DNA of 64,000 nt, from assembly GCF_001194135.2 (NCBI RefSeq), contig NC_068981.1, forward strand, positions 52,428,796 through 52,492,795, read 5' to 3'. Both the position numbers and the translations under genes were made by a program. Below, piece after piece: positions 24,901 to 35,990 of the stretch. The DNA is from Octopus bimaculoides. Lineage: Eukaryota. Below the pieces are notes generated by a model. That model was not told where the DNA came from, ran no database searches, and worked only from the letters and a program-made list of their open reading frames with translations. Within the stretch, counting starts at the first letter, position 1. Every line of letters starts with the position of its first letter.

Positions 24901-27900
24901 TGGGAAATTTCTACAAGATTATTTTCAAATTTAAATTTTAAACTGAAAAAATTGAGATTTCTTTTCAAAGACAAAAAAATTTAGTTGAGTTTCAATATCA
25001 GTTTTAATTTTACAATATTCTCAGTTTCATCTCCAAACTAATTTCAAATTTAGGAAAAAAAACTTTCCATTTTTGATATTTACAACTAGAATAAAATAGA
25101 AGTAATAACAAAAGCCTCAAAGTGCCCTATTAGAATTTCTAACTGTTTGAACTTAATAATAGAAAAGATAATTACTTACTTCAATTTTTTTCAAGTTGGC
25201 ATTATACTCTACTTCATTTTTTGCTAATAATCGTGATAATCTATCAATCTCAAGGGAAGATTTTTCACGTAGAGCTTGTGCTTCTTCTAGCCCAGTCAAT
25301 GCTGATTTCAGTTGTTCTTGCAAAGTTACATTTTCTCTTTTCAATGAAAAAATCTGTTCTGTATCTTTAGAAGATTCAGTATGAATCTGAGCAAGAAGAC
25401 GATCTTTTTCCGCTCTTACATTGTTCACCTTTTAAAAAGAAATTGATTTTGTCAATAAATTTTGTAGGAATAATTAAAGTGTTGTAAAGTAATAAAGTGC
25501 AAGGAGTTACTCAAACTGCAGCAGAGTTATTGAAACAAGAGGATATCTAACTGTGAGGATATCTAACTGTGAGGATATCTAACTGTGAGGATATCAACTG
25601 TGAGGATATCTAACTGTGAGGATATCTAACTGTGAGTTATTGAAACAAGAGGATATCTAACTGTGAGAAAAACTTGTATAATTAACTACACTCTCGGAGT
25701 GGTTGGCGTTAGGAAGGGCATCAAGCTGTAGAAACTCTGCCAAATCAGATCGGAGCCTGGTGTAGCCATCTGGTTTCACCAGTCCTCAGTCAAATCGTCC
25801 AACCCATGCTAGCATGGAAAGCAGACGTTAAACGACGATGATGATGAATTAAGTATTTTAGCTGGATGTTTAATCCTTTAGCATTTAAACCGGTCATATC
25901 TGGCCCAAATATTCTGTCTTATGTTCAAAGCAGCCAGATCCAGTCTCTCACTTACTCAACAATGTCATTCTAGAAATAAACAATCATAGCATCAGAATCT
26001 TGAAGCTATGAGACAATGCACAATTTATTCAAAATAATGTGAAAAAGCATTACTTTTGACAGAGTAATGCTAAGGGTTGAGTTGTAATTAAATGGCAAAT
26101 AGGTGTTATCGTATGGTTACCACAAAAAGGAAATATCATCATCGTCGTTTTAATGTTCACTTTTTCTTGCTTGCATGGGTCGGACAGAATTTTAGTGATG
26201 CAGATCTTCTATGGTTAGACACACTCCTTGTTACCAACCCTCACCTGTTTCTAAGCAAGGCAATATTTCCTCATGACCAGATGTCTTCATGGAAGATTGG
26301 AAATGGAGCACACTGTTTGTATGACAGTGACACTTATTTACAACTATTAGGTAGTGTCAAAACAAGAAGACACTAACACACATACACAAACAGGCTTCTT
26401 TCAGTTTCTATCTACCATATCCAATCACAAAGCTTTGGTCGACCCAGAGCTACTTGCCCAAGGTGCCATGCAGTAGAACTGAACCCAGAATCATGCAGTT
26501 GGGAAGTAAGCTTCTAAATCACACAGCTATGCCTGATGTAAAAATTGATCTTGTTTTCTAGAAGATTTTTAGTTCAATACTACTAACATTGTATTAAAAC
26601 GCCATTCATATGAAACTGCATGAGAAAGCAAGCAGGCATCAGCTTTAGCTCTCCATGTACTAAATAGATATCCATCTTAAATTTAATTATATAGCTTTTA
26701 AAATTATGAAATAAGCTAACATCAACTTTGAAATAGGCAGGCAATTTGCTAATTTGTTTGTATCTGCTGCCGTGTCTTTTACTGATGCATTTTGAAAAAG
26801 CTTTACTTTTACTTATTGCTTAACCTTTGAGCATTTAGATTATCTCTGTCAAATGTAATGCTTATTTATTCACATTGTGCTAGTGGCACATAAAAAGCAC
26901 AGGCATGTCCTTTATGGCCATATTCCTACTCCCTCTCCCAACTGAGAGGTCTTTGTCTTGCAGATGCCTGTGCCATGTAAAATGTACTCGTGCCAGTGCT
27001 ATGTAGATGTACCCATGCCTGTGGCATATGAAATGCACCCAGCACACTCTGTAAAGTGGTTGGTATTAGGAAGGGCATCCAGCTGTAGAATCTATGCAAA
27101 AACAGACAATTGAGTCTGGACAGCTTCTGCTAAACTATCCAACCTATGCCAGCCTGGAAAATGGATGTTAAATGATGATTTTACTGTCATTAATTTTTGA
27201 AATTAATTTAACAGAAGCAGTGTATTTCAACAGAAATATGGTAACAAAAGGGTTAAATGGTAGAAAAGGGAATTGTACATCACCTCTGCTTCTAACTTTT
27301 TCCTCAATTCCTGGTTTGCATTTTTGTGTTGCACATCTTGCTGCTCACACTTGCTCTCCAGCAATGACAATTCATAACGTTGTCTATTGCAACAGTTCTT
27401 AAATTCTTCCAACTCCAATTCCAGTTTATGATACCGTTCCTTATAATTCTTCTCTAATTCGGAATAAGTCTCCAAACGGATCAGTTCTAACTGCTGAGGT
27501 GTCACAACTTTGGTTCGCAGCAATGTAATTTCTTCATTTTTTTCAAGTAATCCTTTATGATATTGTTCTTGAGTACTTCTTAAATTATTATATAAAAGTC
27601 TGTTCTCTTCTGACTTTTGACGGCATTCATTTTGTATTTTGGCAACTTCTTCTTGTAATCTGTTCATTATATAGTAGGTAATAAGCAAAAACAAGAAAAA
27701 GACAAAACGAGAGGGACAAGTTTTAGCAAAGGTGTTATTAGTATAATGCTTGAAAGAAAGGGAAAGAGCCTTTGATTTTTTAGGTGGTAGTCCTTCATCA
27801 GAAACAGGTGAGAAAAGAGGAAGAAGAAAAAAAGAAAGAGAAATGGTGAGAAAGGTGGGGGGAATGGTTCCAGGACCAGGTGGAATGCAGTTCTAGGGGA

Positions 27901-28124
27901 AGAAGTTAAGAGGATGTAAAAAATCAATGTGTAACAAATAAAATGTCTAGTGGCATGTAAAAAGCACCCACCACGCTCTTAGAGTGGTTGGCGTTAGGAA
28001 GGGCATCCAGCTGTAGAAACATTGCCAGATCAGATTGGAACCTGGTACAGCTGCTGGCTCTCCAAACCTCAGTCAAACTGCCCAACCCGTGCCAGCATGG
28101 AAGACCGACATTAAACGATGACAA

Positions 28125-28167
<43 letters not shown>

Positions 28168-31100
28168 CAACCCATGCCAGCATGGAAAGCAGATGTATGA
28201 TGATGATATATATCTATCTATCTATATATATATAATTTTATTCATTAATTTCATGCACATTTTTTTTGGTTAATATGGGTAGGGTGGAACTTGTTGAGAC
28301 AGATTTTCTATTGCTAGACATCTCTCCTATTGCCAATCCTCACATATTTTCGAGCAACATAATATTTCCCTGTAGCGAGAGATATTTTCACAGAAGACTG
28401 GAAACAAATGGCATTACTTCTATCACAGTAACATTCATTTATAAATATCACATGATGTCAATACATGGAAACATTAACTCACACATACAAACATACAAGG
28501 TGGTATCAAAAAGTTCCTGGAGTAGTTCCATAGCATACCAACAAATAGCAGCACATGGTTGTGTGCACAGTGAGAGCTAGCAGTGACCTTTATGAGACAG
28601 TGTGCCGAGCGACATCACTGTGTTTACTTCACAAGTTATGAAATTTGTGTTTTTGTGATCGTGTGTATGCTGTAGTCTGTGATTTTGTCATGGACAGGAA
28701 GAAAGAGCCAACACGAAATTTTGTGATAAACTTGGAAAGTCTGCTACAGAGACATCGAGCATGCTTCGGCAAGCTTATGGCGACAAGGCAATGGTAATGT
28801 TTCGAGTGGCACAGGCACTCTAAAAGCAAAAGAACATCCTTAGAAGACAATGAGTGCTCTGGAAGACCTGCCACAAGTGTCACCTCACCTCTGGAAATGT
28901 GGTATTGTGCATTGAGAATTCATCCCCCAGGGCCAGACCATCAATCGATGTTTTGAAGTGTTTGAGGGAGAACATTTGGTGAAAGCAACTGAATCAGTGG
29001 AATGCAAAGAATTGGATTCACTGAGCTCTCCTCACTTGAGTTTCTTGCCAAAATTAACATAATATTGTTTCTGCACCTGTCCTATTTGCCAGATTTAGCA
29101 CCTGTGGACTTTCATTTCTACCCCAAGATGAAAAAACAGCTCAAAGGTCACTGTTGTAACACCGTTGTTGAGATCCGGAGTGAACTGCAGAGGGTCTTCG
29201 ACTCACTTATGGAAAACAACTTCCAGGCCAGATTCCAAAAGTGGCAGGAACGCTGGAACCGGTGTATTACTGCACAAGGTGACTATTTCAAAAGAGGTAA
29301 TGTTAACACTTAGGTATAAATAAGTTATTTTTCATTAACTAGCCTGGGAACCTTTTGATACTACTTCATATCCATGCTCACACACACACATATACGATGG
29401 GTTTCTTTCAGTTTCCATCTACCAAATACACTCACAAGGCTTTGGTCAGCCTGGGACAATAGTAGAAGTCACTTGCCCAAAATGTTATGTAGTGGAGCTG
29501 AACCTGAAACCACATGATTGGGAAGCAAACTTATTAAACCACACAGCCATGTCTTTGCAAATTGTGTGCGTGTATTCATGTACAGCTTTCTATCTATCTA
29601 TCTATCTTTATATATATATATATTGCTTTCTGTTATTATGCAGAAACATAGTATATGTAGAACAAGAGATATATAGATATATGGATTGCATGTAGTAGTT
29701 TGGCTGACTACCTAGAAGCTCTAAGTTTGTTTGATCAGAACTGAACTGGGACTACACAATGACTACAAAAGCCAGTTCATTGCTTCTGTGAAGAAATACA
29801 CTATAGTAGTAAAGAAAGTTTCCAATTTAGGCACAAAGCCAGCAATTTTGAAGGGAGAAGATTAAAGGAATTAGTTAATTACAGTGACCTCAATACTTGA
29901 CTGATACCATATTTTAGTGACCCCTGACAAAAGGCAAAAGTTATCATTGGTTTGATCTCAGAACATAAAGAGCTAGAAAAAATACCATAAGGCATTTTGC
30001 CAATCCACCTTGCTTATAGAATAGATGTAATAATAACTATACACAACTCTTCAATTACCGTGAATGCTGTACTTTTAGTCGCTCATAGTTCTGCCTGTGT
30101 TGTTCAGCTCGTGTATGCTCTTCATTCAGCTGTTTATGTATTTCCGGTTCAAATCCTCTAATAGGCAGACTCTGGCTAAGCCGTGCTGGAACCGGAGGCA
30201 GTGTTGTAACATGACTGGCCATTGAACCAGCTTCACTATCTGTTGTATTTCCAAGCATGGAAGAGGATTTATCCAATATTCTGTAGAAATTGAAAAGAAA
30301 GAAAAACTTTTTTTTAATAATTATCAAAAGCAGCTATCATATATATTCAATTTTATAGTGTTGAGTAAATGAGTGATAAATCTTGTCCTGGACAGGACAC
30401 GAGTGCATCGCAAGTAATATTCCTCTATGATCTTGTACTTATTTCTGACAGCAAAGTAAACTTGGAATGATGTAAAAAGGCATTCCAGCCAGTGGTTTTG
30501 AACTCATGATCTATGAAAAGATAATCTAATACCTTTTCTTCTCAGCTAACCTGCCTCAAAAACTAAATGGATCACATCCTATCGAAAGCCAACAAGACAA
30601 TTATTAATAAAAGAAAGTTCCAAAATACTTTCCAACAAATATTGAGGACTTATGAACATTAATATGCTGTTTCAATTAACAAAACTTACTTTGTTTCTCA
30701 TCTTCCAAGCATTCTGTCAAATATTTTCATCAATTTTTGCGCAGGAAATTTTTTTCTTTTTATGTTTAAATTAGGACATGTCCTTTTTAAAATAATATAA
30801 TTCTTTAAAAAAATTATTGCATTTGAACTTTTCTATATCATTTAAGATTACTGTAAGAAAATATCTACATTTTACATCTATAAGCACAACTCACTGAAAC
30901 AATACAGTTCAGTACCATCATAAATCATTTTTCATATCTCTGTCTGATAGAGGGTTCTTTCAGAAAACCAATTTATTCTATCTTTTAGGAAAATTCATTG
31001 AAAGACTACAATTAAAAGACCTGTAATTTTTTTTTTTTGCATCACAAATATGTTAAATTAGTGTAAATTTTCACATTTTACTTGTATCTTATTCCTTTCA

Positions 31101-34100
31101 TTTCACAAGCTTTAACTCCTAATGAAGTCACAAGGGTGCTATTATAAAATATGGTGTTTTAGGTTCAGCAACTTAAACTTGATAGAGCCCTTCCCTAAGC
31201 AGGTCTGAACACAGCCAATTTCTTATTGAGAAGAGATAGAAAAAGAATACATGACCCTAGTACTGGATTGGTACTTTATTTAATGACCCTGAAAGAATAA
31301 AAGGCAGAATTAAACCTCAACAGGATTTGAACTTAAAGTATAAAAGTGAAACAATCTGTTGTCAGTCAGATAAACTAAGGCAAACATGTATGCCATGTCT
31401 AGAAGTACAACATAATGAACCCTTGGCTATAAGGTCAGTTATAAAGTGGCTTAAACAAACAATAACTGTGACTCAGATATGTTAAGTTACTAATTGCTTT
31501 AGCACTAACAAGGCAAAATAGATTTTGATTGGTCAAAAGTAAGCCAATCAATATAGGTTTAAAAAGCTGTGTATCAATGATATAGCAGTACTTTTCCAGT
31601 TAATCAATATATTGATATTTTTGCAATACAGAATTAACTCCGCTTGAAGGCAAATTTATTTTTTCCCTTTTTACTAATGGATGATATTTGTAACTACGTC
31701 GACCAAACATTAACTATATAAACTAGATTTTGATTGATTGAGAAATTTTTTCCAATATTCTTTTGAAGTATTTTTTTAATATTAAAACAAAATAGTTGCA
31801 TTATACACCTAAAACTGGTTTTACCAGATTACACAATGGTAGATTAATTTTTCACTCTTTTTTGTCTTAATTTGGTTATTAAATATTCAAAACCTTTTCC
31901 TATAAACAATTCATTCAATTTTATATTTTAATATGCAGCTAAACTTCTATTTAATTCTCTTCAATGGGCAATAGTTAAGAAGTTCACTTTGCAACCATGT
32001 GGTTTCAGGTTCAGTCCCATTATACGACACCTTAGGCATCCTGTTGAACCAAGAATGATCTGGTTCTTCTACCAGGACCAGTTGCACAACACCCAGAATA
32101 ACAGGTGGCTTGCCTACAATCCATGTAATGTCCTACATCTTACGAAAACCAAGTTCCCTCAAACTTTGATGATATGTGTGTGTGTCTCCAGTGAGGGTGA
32201 TACCATGCCGCCAAGGCCTTGAGATCAATTCAGACAGCTATGTGAGGCTGTTAGAGACTGGTCAAACCTTGGTTGGAGAGAGTTGCTGCTGGAAGGCCAT
32301 ATGTGTGGAAAAAGTCAGATGTAGTTATTGAAGAATTTTTATGACTTCACCAGCTGCAATTTTTGGTCTCCAAATTCCCCCAATTGAAATTCCATGGATT
32401 ACTATGTGTAGGGCACAGTTGAGAAAGACACCAACTGCTCTGCTTGCAACACCAAGGCCAAGCTGGTGGCCATTTAAGGAGGTATTCAAAGATCTTCTCA
32501 GGAAGACAGTGAGAAATGTATGTGCCAGGCTCCAGAGCTGTCTTTGTACTGTGGTAGAAGCTGAGAATGGCTACTTTGAGTAAACTGTTATCACCCAGCC
32601 ACAATCTAGTTGATATTTTTCAACTTTTTAAAATACTTTTATTTTTTGAATGGGATATTGTGCTTTCTTTTCCTTTTATGCATACCGTCAAATTTAGCCT
32701 GAACACCTTGTATTTTGTTGACTCCAGAAGAAAAAGCAGAGTCAACTGCAGTAGAATTTAAAAGGATGTAACAAAATAGTAGATGTCATTCAGTTCCATA
32801 CTCTACTGTTTCTACAACTCCACAATCCATTAGCAGGCTCATCAATTTTTGTTTTTTGTTTTAAAATCTTCCTTGATTGTTCAGAGGTCTTCAGAAGAGG
32901 TGATAAATGGCAATTTCTTTTCAGATGAATACCATTTGATGGAGGATAGGGTGAAGAATTTACTCTTTTACTTGTTTCAGTCATTTGACTGCGGCCATGC
33001 TGGAGCACCGCCTTTAGTCGCGCAAATCGACCCCAGGACTTATTCTTTGTAAGCCTGGTACTTATTCTATCGGTCTCTTTTACCGAACCGCTAAGTTACG
33101 GGGACGTAAACACACCACCATCGGTTGTCAAGCGATGGTAGAGGGGGACAAACACAGACTATAGTAGCAGACACTTCCCCAAGGTGCCACGCAGTGGGAA
33201 TGAACCCGGAACCATGTGGTTGGTAAGCAAGCTACTTACCACACAGCCACTCCTGCACCTAGGAAATTTTACAATGATATCATGAAAAAAGGGCACCTGG
33301 AGCTTGGGATGTTTCTCTATCATTTTTCTTTTGCCATTAAGATGATACTTAGGATTGTGGAGCCTGGTTGATCATGAGGTATTTCTTTTGTGATATATCT
33401 TCAATTTTGCATGATAATATACACAGAACAATACTAACTCCACATCACCAGTAGTCTTTGAAATTAATACTTTATTTCCGTTATAGTTAACATCCCTTCA
33501 GTGGATAATTTCTGCTACCTAGGAGACCTAATTAGGAGGAGGATACACAGAAAGTAGAATAAGAATAGGATGGAGAAAAGTCAGTGAACTTTTACCTCTG
33601 TTGGCAACAAAGGGTCTCTCTCTCTCTCCGAGTGAAAGGAAGATTGTCCGAGGCATGTATATGACCAGCAATTCTACATGGTAGTGAAACATGGGTCCTG
33701 AATGTAGAGGACATGTGAAAACTAGAGGGGATTGAAGCTAGTATGTTCCATTTGGTGTGCAATGTAAGTGTACATGTGCAACAGCATACTAGTGTGTTAA
33801 AAGAAAAGTTAGGTATAAGAGGAATTAGATGCAACGTGCAAGAGAAAAGATTACACTGGTTTAGTTGTGTGATACAGATGGATATAGACAGAAGCTTCTA
33901 TGTTGGTGACACAATAGCACTTATGTTGGTGCCACGTAAAAGCACCTGTGCTGGGGCCACTTAAAAGCACCTGTGCTGGGGCTACATAAAAGGCATCCAG
34001 CACATTCTGTAAAGTGGTTGATGTTAGGAAGGGCTTCCAGCTGTAGAAACCAAATCAAATCAGACTGTAACCTGGTGCAGCTCTCCTGCTTGTCAGCTCT

Positions 34101-34455
34101 GGTCAAACCATCCATCCCATGCCAGCATGGAAAATGGACATTAAACGATGATGATGATGATAACTTATTTCCCCCTTTTTATGAGCATACAAATTCAGTA
34201 CCACGAATCTCCATAACAGCAAGTGAATGCAATGATGGAAACAGTGTGTGTGTATATTTGTATCCTGCATTACTTAACATCTTTTTTATAGCAGATTTAT
34301 CCTAATCAAACCCTGAAAACAAAAATAAGTTTCTGCAGCCTAATCAATTTTGCACACCACATGATAATTTCTAACCAATGAAGCTGACTGCCATCAAATT
34401 GTCAAATTCTAGGCTAAAAAAAATTGACTCACCTATTAGCTTCAGTGTATAGCAT
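9784..34455 (-). CDS. CEP83: Centrosomal protein 83 (CCDC41), distal-appendage coiled-coil protein, about 730 aa, 11 coding exons
   Basis: Exons 34455-34433, 30280-30059, 27659-27284, 25428-25180, 23458-23212, 20984-20840, 20404-20255, 19189-18826, 15758-15658, 11871-11700 and 9927-9784 are all GT-AG and phase-compatible (2193 nt = 731 codons). Motifs EIHKQLNEEHTRAEQHRQNYERLK, VTPQQLELIR, RHNEFRRLV and ELHQLKDRLEKLDSNQREQLEEL match recalled human CEP83 segments. Confidence 0.9.
10050..10800 (-). mobile_element. Penelope-like element remnant (GIY-YIG region), highly decayed
   Basis: Broken frames give ECNMFRRPYCIPY and IFVPCLICQFTTYVPQDCKIRVDLGIH...LSHFNQ, resembling the PLE Cys linker and GIY-YIG. 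A CTGAAGA core follows at 10074-10068. Confidence 0.5.
11700..11871 (-). CDS. CEP83: CEP83 exon (172 nt)
   Basis: ctgtag|A AAC TGG...CAG|gtaagg; encodes NWVSPEEHKKLKLQLQDLLYRHNEFRRLVFSAP...EEQ. Confidence 0.9.
12150..13904 (+). mobile_element. RTEX-type LINE 3' 1.75 kb (RT remnant, Cys-rich finger, 3' tail)
   Basis: FIDMEKAFDRVPR, PWELLYAEDL, GRWPCSICRKDVGRNSIRCTQCKLWTHKRCS, VDSFCYLGD, RRLHWYGHVLHMD and GRGRPRK, then 3 tandem units and a (gat)n end. Confidence 0.92.
14143..15418 (-). mobile_element. Full-length decayed mariner (mellifera-subfamily-like) in a CEP83 intron
   Basis: Perfect 25-bp TIRs TTGGGTTGGCAAGAAAGTAATTTCG (14143-14167 and 15394-15418), TA on the left. Transposase fragments WVPDKLKEIHLTQ, ITGDEKWIVYNN, MLSIWWDYKGV, HHDNTRPY and HPPYSPDLVPSGY are frameshifted. 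Confidence 0.93.
15658..15758 (-). CDS. CEP83: CEP83 exon (101 nt)
   Basis: tttag|TAT...GA|gtaagt; encodes YKKKSLLAIQTLKKKLELKSVKIEELDAMCKIF(E). Confidence 0.85.
16017..17055 (-). mobile_element. RTEX-type LINE 3' fragment with tail, minus strand
   Basis: LELVNSFCYLGDQVCSGGGC..RIRIAWAKFRELLPLL, followed by 3 full and 1 partial tandem unit and a (gat)n end at about 16017. Confidence 0.9.
18480..18765 (+). mobile_element. RTE tail-only insertion
   Basis: Conserved tail end with (gat)n, about 60 nt from the CEP83 donor at 18825. Confidence 0.75.
18826..19189 (-). CDS. CEP83: CEP83 exon (364 nt)
   Basis: tttttaag|G GCT...AAA|gtaag; coiled-coil AKVDHERSVKEELEQERSDN...AAASIHEK. Confidence 0.9.
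20255..20404 (-). CDS. CEP83: CEP83 exon (150 nt)
   Basis: aaaag|G CTT GAA...AA|gtaact; encodes LELEAQLQELQRQNSDQINVWQAEKDCLEDKIK...LLIL(K). Confidence 0.88.
20576..20792. mobile_element. piggyBac-type MITE family A
   Basis: 12-bp TIR CCCTTTAGCATT/AATGCTAAAGGG with degenerate TTAA flanks (ttat, ttgt). Related copies at about 25874-26076, 17790-18000 (partial) and 26823-26878 (partial). Confidence 0.75.
20840..20984 (-). CDS. CEP83: CEP83 exon (145 nt)
   Basis: tttcag|AT TTA...AA|gtgaga; encodes (D)LKVQLDVSEQANRQHSQNLMDKKKEMTRQVQLAKEKEIQKLNEVENE(K). Confidence 0.88.
21490..22564 (+). mobile_element. Mariner (irritans-like) copy lacking its left end
   Basis: IITSDESWVYGHD, DNAP, PAYSPDLAPADF-type and KGHCF motifs in broken frames. 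Right TIR AGGAACTTTTTGGTACCAC at about 22542-22560. Confidence 0.85.
22563..22610. repeat. (CG)5-(TG)n alternating purine-pyrimidine tract
   Basis: cgcgcgcgcgtgtgtg... directly after the mariner TIR. Confidence 0.9.
23212..23458 (-). CDS. CEP83: CEP83 exon (247 nt)
   Basis: cttttag|GTT GAA...GAA G|gtatct; encodes VEKEMLTKEIQK...QRERDKLQNTIE. Confidence 0.88.
25180..25428 (-). CDS. CEP83: CEP83 exon (249 nt)
   Basis: taaaag|GTG AAC...GAA|gtaagt; encodes VNNVRAEKDRLLAQ...NLKKIE. Confidence 0.88.
25524..25667. repeat. 16-bp minisatellite (GATATCTAACTGTGAG x6) inside a larger local duplication
   Basis: Units at 25542-25636 (the 4th lacks a T), then TTATTGAAACAAGAG plus one more unit repeated at 25637-25667. 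Confidence 0.95.
25686..25846 (+). mobile_element. Short young RTE tail insertion
   Basis: CTACACTCTCGGAGTGG...GTTAAACGACGATGATG, flanked by AATTAA on both sides (possible TSD). Confidence 0.85.
25874..26076. mobile_element. piggyBac-type MITE family A
   Basis: TTAA-TCCTTTAGCATT ... AATGCTAAGGG-TTGA; the interior is the reverse complement of the 20576 copy. Confidence 0.75.
26878..27180 (+). mobile_element. RTE tail, decayed
   Basis: GTGGCACATAAAAAGCAC units plus the AGGAAGGGCATCCAGCTGTAG end. Confidence 0.7.
27284..27659 (-). CDS. CEP83: CEP83 exon (376 nt)
   Basis: aacag|A TTA CAA...GAG|gtgatg; encodes LQEEVAKIQNEC...VTPQQLELIRLE...KKLEAE. Confidence 0.9.
27945..28205 (+). mobile_element. 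RTE tail with its terminal ~35 nt duplicated after a (TA)n
   Basis: The tail ends at about 28125, then (TA)n, then CCAACCCATGCCAGCATGGAAAGCAGATG..(gat)n again at about 28166-28205. Confidence 0.8.
28496..29368 (+). mobile_element. Internally deleted mariner (irritans-like) with both TIRs
   Basis: TA-CAAGGTGGTATCAAAAAGTTCC ... GGAACCTTTTGATACTACTTCA-TA. Same family as 21490-22564; includes HLSYLPDLAPVDF and KMKKQLKGH. Confidence 0.88.
30059..30280 (-). CDS. CEP83: CEP83 exon (222 nt; contains an alternative ATG at 30258)
   Basis: ctacag|A ATA TTG...TCA CG|gtaatt; encodes ILDKSSSMLGNTT...EQHRQNYERLKVQHS(R). Confidence 0.88.
32040..32710 (+). mobile_element. maT (DD37D-like) Tc1/mariner 3' remnant
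   Basis: QDQLHNTQNNRWLAYNP, TKFPQTLM..VSSEGD, FWSPNSP..PWITM and EVFKDL...CARLQSCL..VVEAENGYFE*. Right TIR CCGTCAAATTTAGCCTGAACACCTTG-TA. Confidence 0.8.
32959..33260 (-). mobile_element. SINE family 1, young copy with an internal deletion
   Basis: CpG-rich and near-identical to the head and tail of the 8221 copy; the central segment around the microsatellite is missing. Confidence 0.88.
33500..34160 (+). mobile_element. RTEX LINE 3' fragment with tail
   Basis: VDNFCYLGD, LHGSETWVL, CNVSVHV..EKLGIRGIRCNVQEKRLHWF, then the tail and (gat)n. Confidence 0.85.
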
Positions 34456-34640
34456 GTTTATTTTTATCCTGTCAGTGATCAGACACCTTTTGGTACTTTC
34501 TATTAGAGATTCAGCTACTGTTGAGAGTCTACTTTAATCAATGAATACGAATGGCATCTCATTTCTTGAGTTGTTCCTCAGTGGGAAGAATACTTGCTGA
34601 TTACAGCACTCTTACCACTTGTATGAATGCTTCTTTATTT
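34433..34640 (-). CDS. CEP83: Probable CEP83 exon, mostly 5' UTR, with an in-frame ATG at 34455 (MLYTEANR)
   Basis: Acceptor cttttag at 34641-42 and strong donor AG|gtgagt at 34432. The phase-2 end joins the next exon in frame. An in-frame TAA lies upstream at 34536-34534. Confidence 0.6.
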
Positions 34641-35379
34641 CTAAAAGTTTTGAGAACTTTTTCAGTACATGTTTGATGACATATATTTCACTTGCATGCA
34701 TTTATGTATTTTGAATTCTGTCTTATTTTCACATGTCAAAACATTATGACAGTTGATTACAATATCAATAAATCATTATGCTATAATTTTTATTTTCACT
34801 TATTTCTTTAAAAAAATATTAAAATTTTGACAAATATTCTACCTTTACTCCAAGTAATATGTTTTTAATCATTTTGTCTTTTGGCCACTTTGTTATTCTA
34901 TGAATAACTTTCTACAATTATGTCTTTGTACTAATATGTCTTTAAATTAACTTATATTTTAGTTAATATGTTTTCTCCTAGGCTTGGCCTGAATGATGAC
35001 ACTACAAAACATTGGATATGTTCACATATTTGGGAAAATACAGGAAAGTACTGCAACACATACAAACATTACAGACTACTATAAAGGCAATTTGGCTGAT
35101 TCACAAAGACTCACTCAACAACTGTCTATAACTTCTCACATACAGACATGCTGTTCCTTCAATCTTCCTCTGCCACTACAATTGCAATGATATTTATTCC
35201 TTTGAATTATTAATCTACATACACCTTCACTGCAACCCACTTGAGGCAAAAATCTCTTGTGGTGTCTACAGTGTTCCACTTACAAGACTCTACACAGATT
35301 TTCCTATTATTCCAGAGTTGAATTACTCGAGAACTAGCACTCTATGTATGCAGCTGTTGTGATTTTTTTTCTCTTTCAC

Positions 35380-35990
35380 TTACTGGATCTGGAAGAGGCA
35401 GTGCCCAAGTCTTTGCAGGTGTTCCAAGATCAGGGAGATCAATGCCATTAATGTTCCTCTTGAATCTTTGTAAGTCAAAACCTACAGAAGCAGGGAGGGA
35501 ATTCCAGAGGACTAATCTTCTAAGAAGGAAGCGCAGAGGCTAGTGATTAATGTGGAGCTTGTTCGAGTGGGGTGGGGAGCAGTTGAACAAAGAAGAAGAA
35601 TAGAGACATTGGGTTTGGAGTGCCTGAGTAGGGGTGGAACAAGTCCAGACAAAGGCCATTACAGTAGTGACAGAAAAGGCAGGAGGAGGAGGGCCAAAAG
35701 CTGCAGCATACCTGTGACTTCAGACCAATCAGCTGAGTGACCCTTTCCTGGACGCAGTCTAAGATATCTATGTGAGTAGCAGCACCATCCCAGATGTGAA
35801 TGCAGTACTCCATTGTGGGTCTCACCCGAGCTTTATTGTGTCAATTTATTGTTGGGGGCTGAATTATCTTCTGGCTCCGAAGAAAGGAAACAGTCATCAA
35901 AATATGGTCCTACCTATCTTAAGACTGTGCATTAGTCTGAAGATATCCTCGTTAATGAGTGAGACAAAAATTAGAGCGATCTAGACCCAA
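35380..35990 (-). mobile_element. CR1/L2-type LINE RT C-terminal remnant
   Basis: RPTMEYCIHIWDGAATHIDILDCVQERVTQLIG; LGIIFSP-like segment upstream. Confidence 0.7.
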
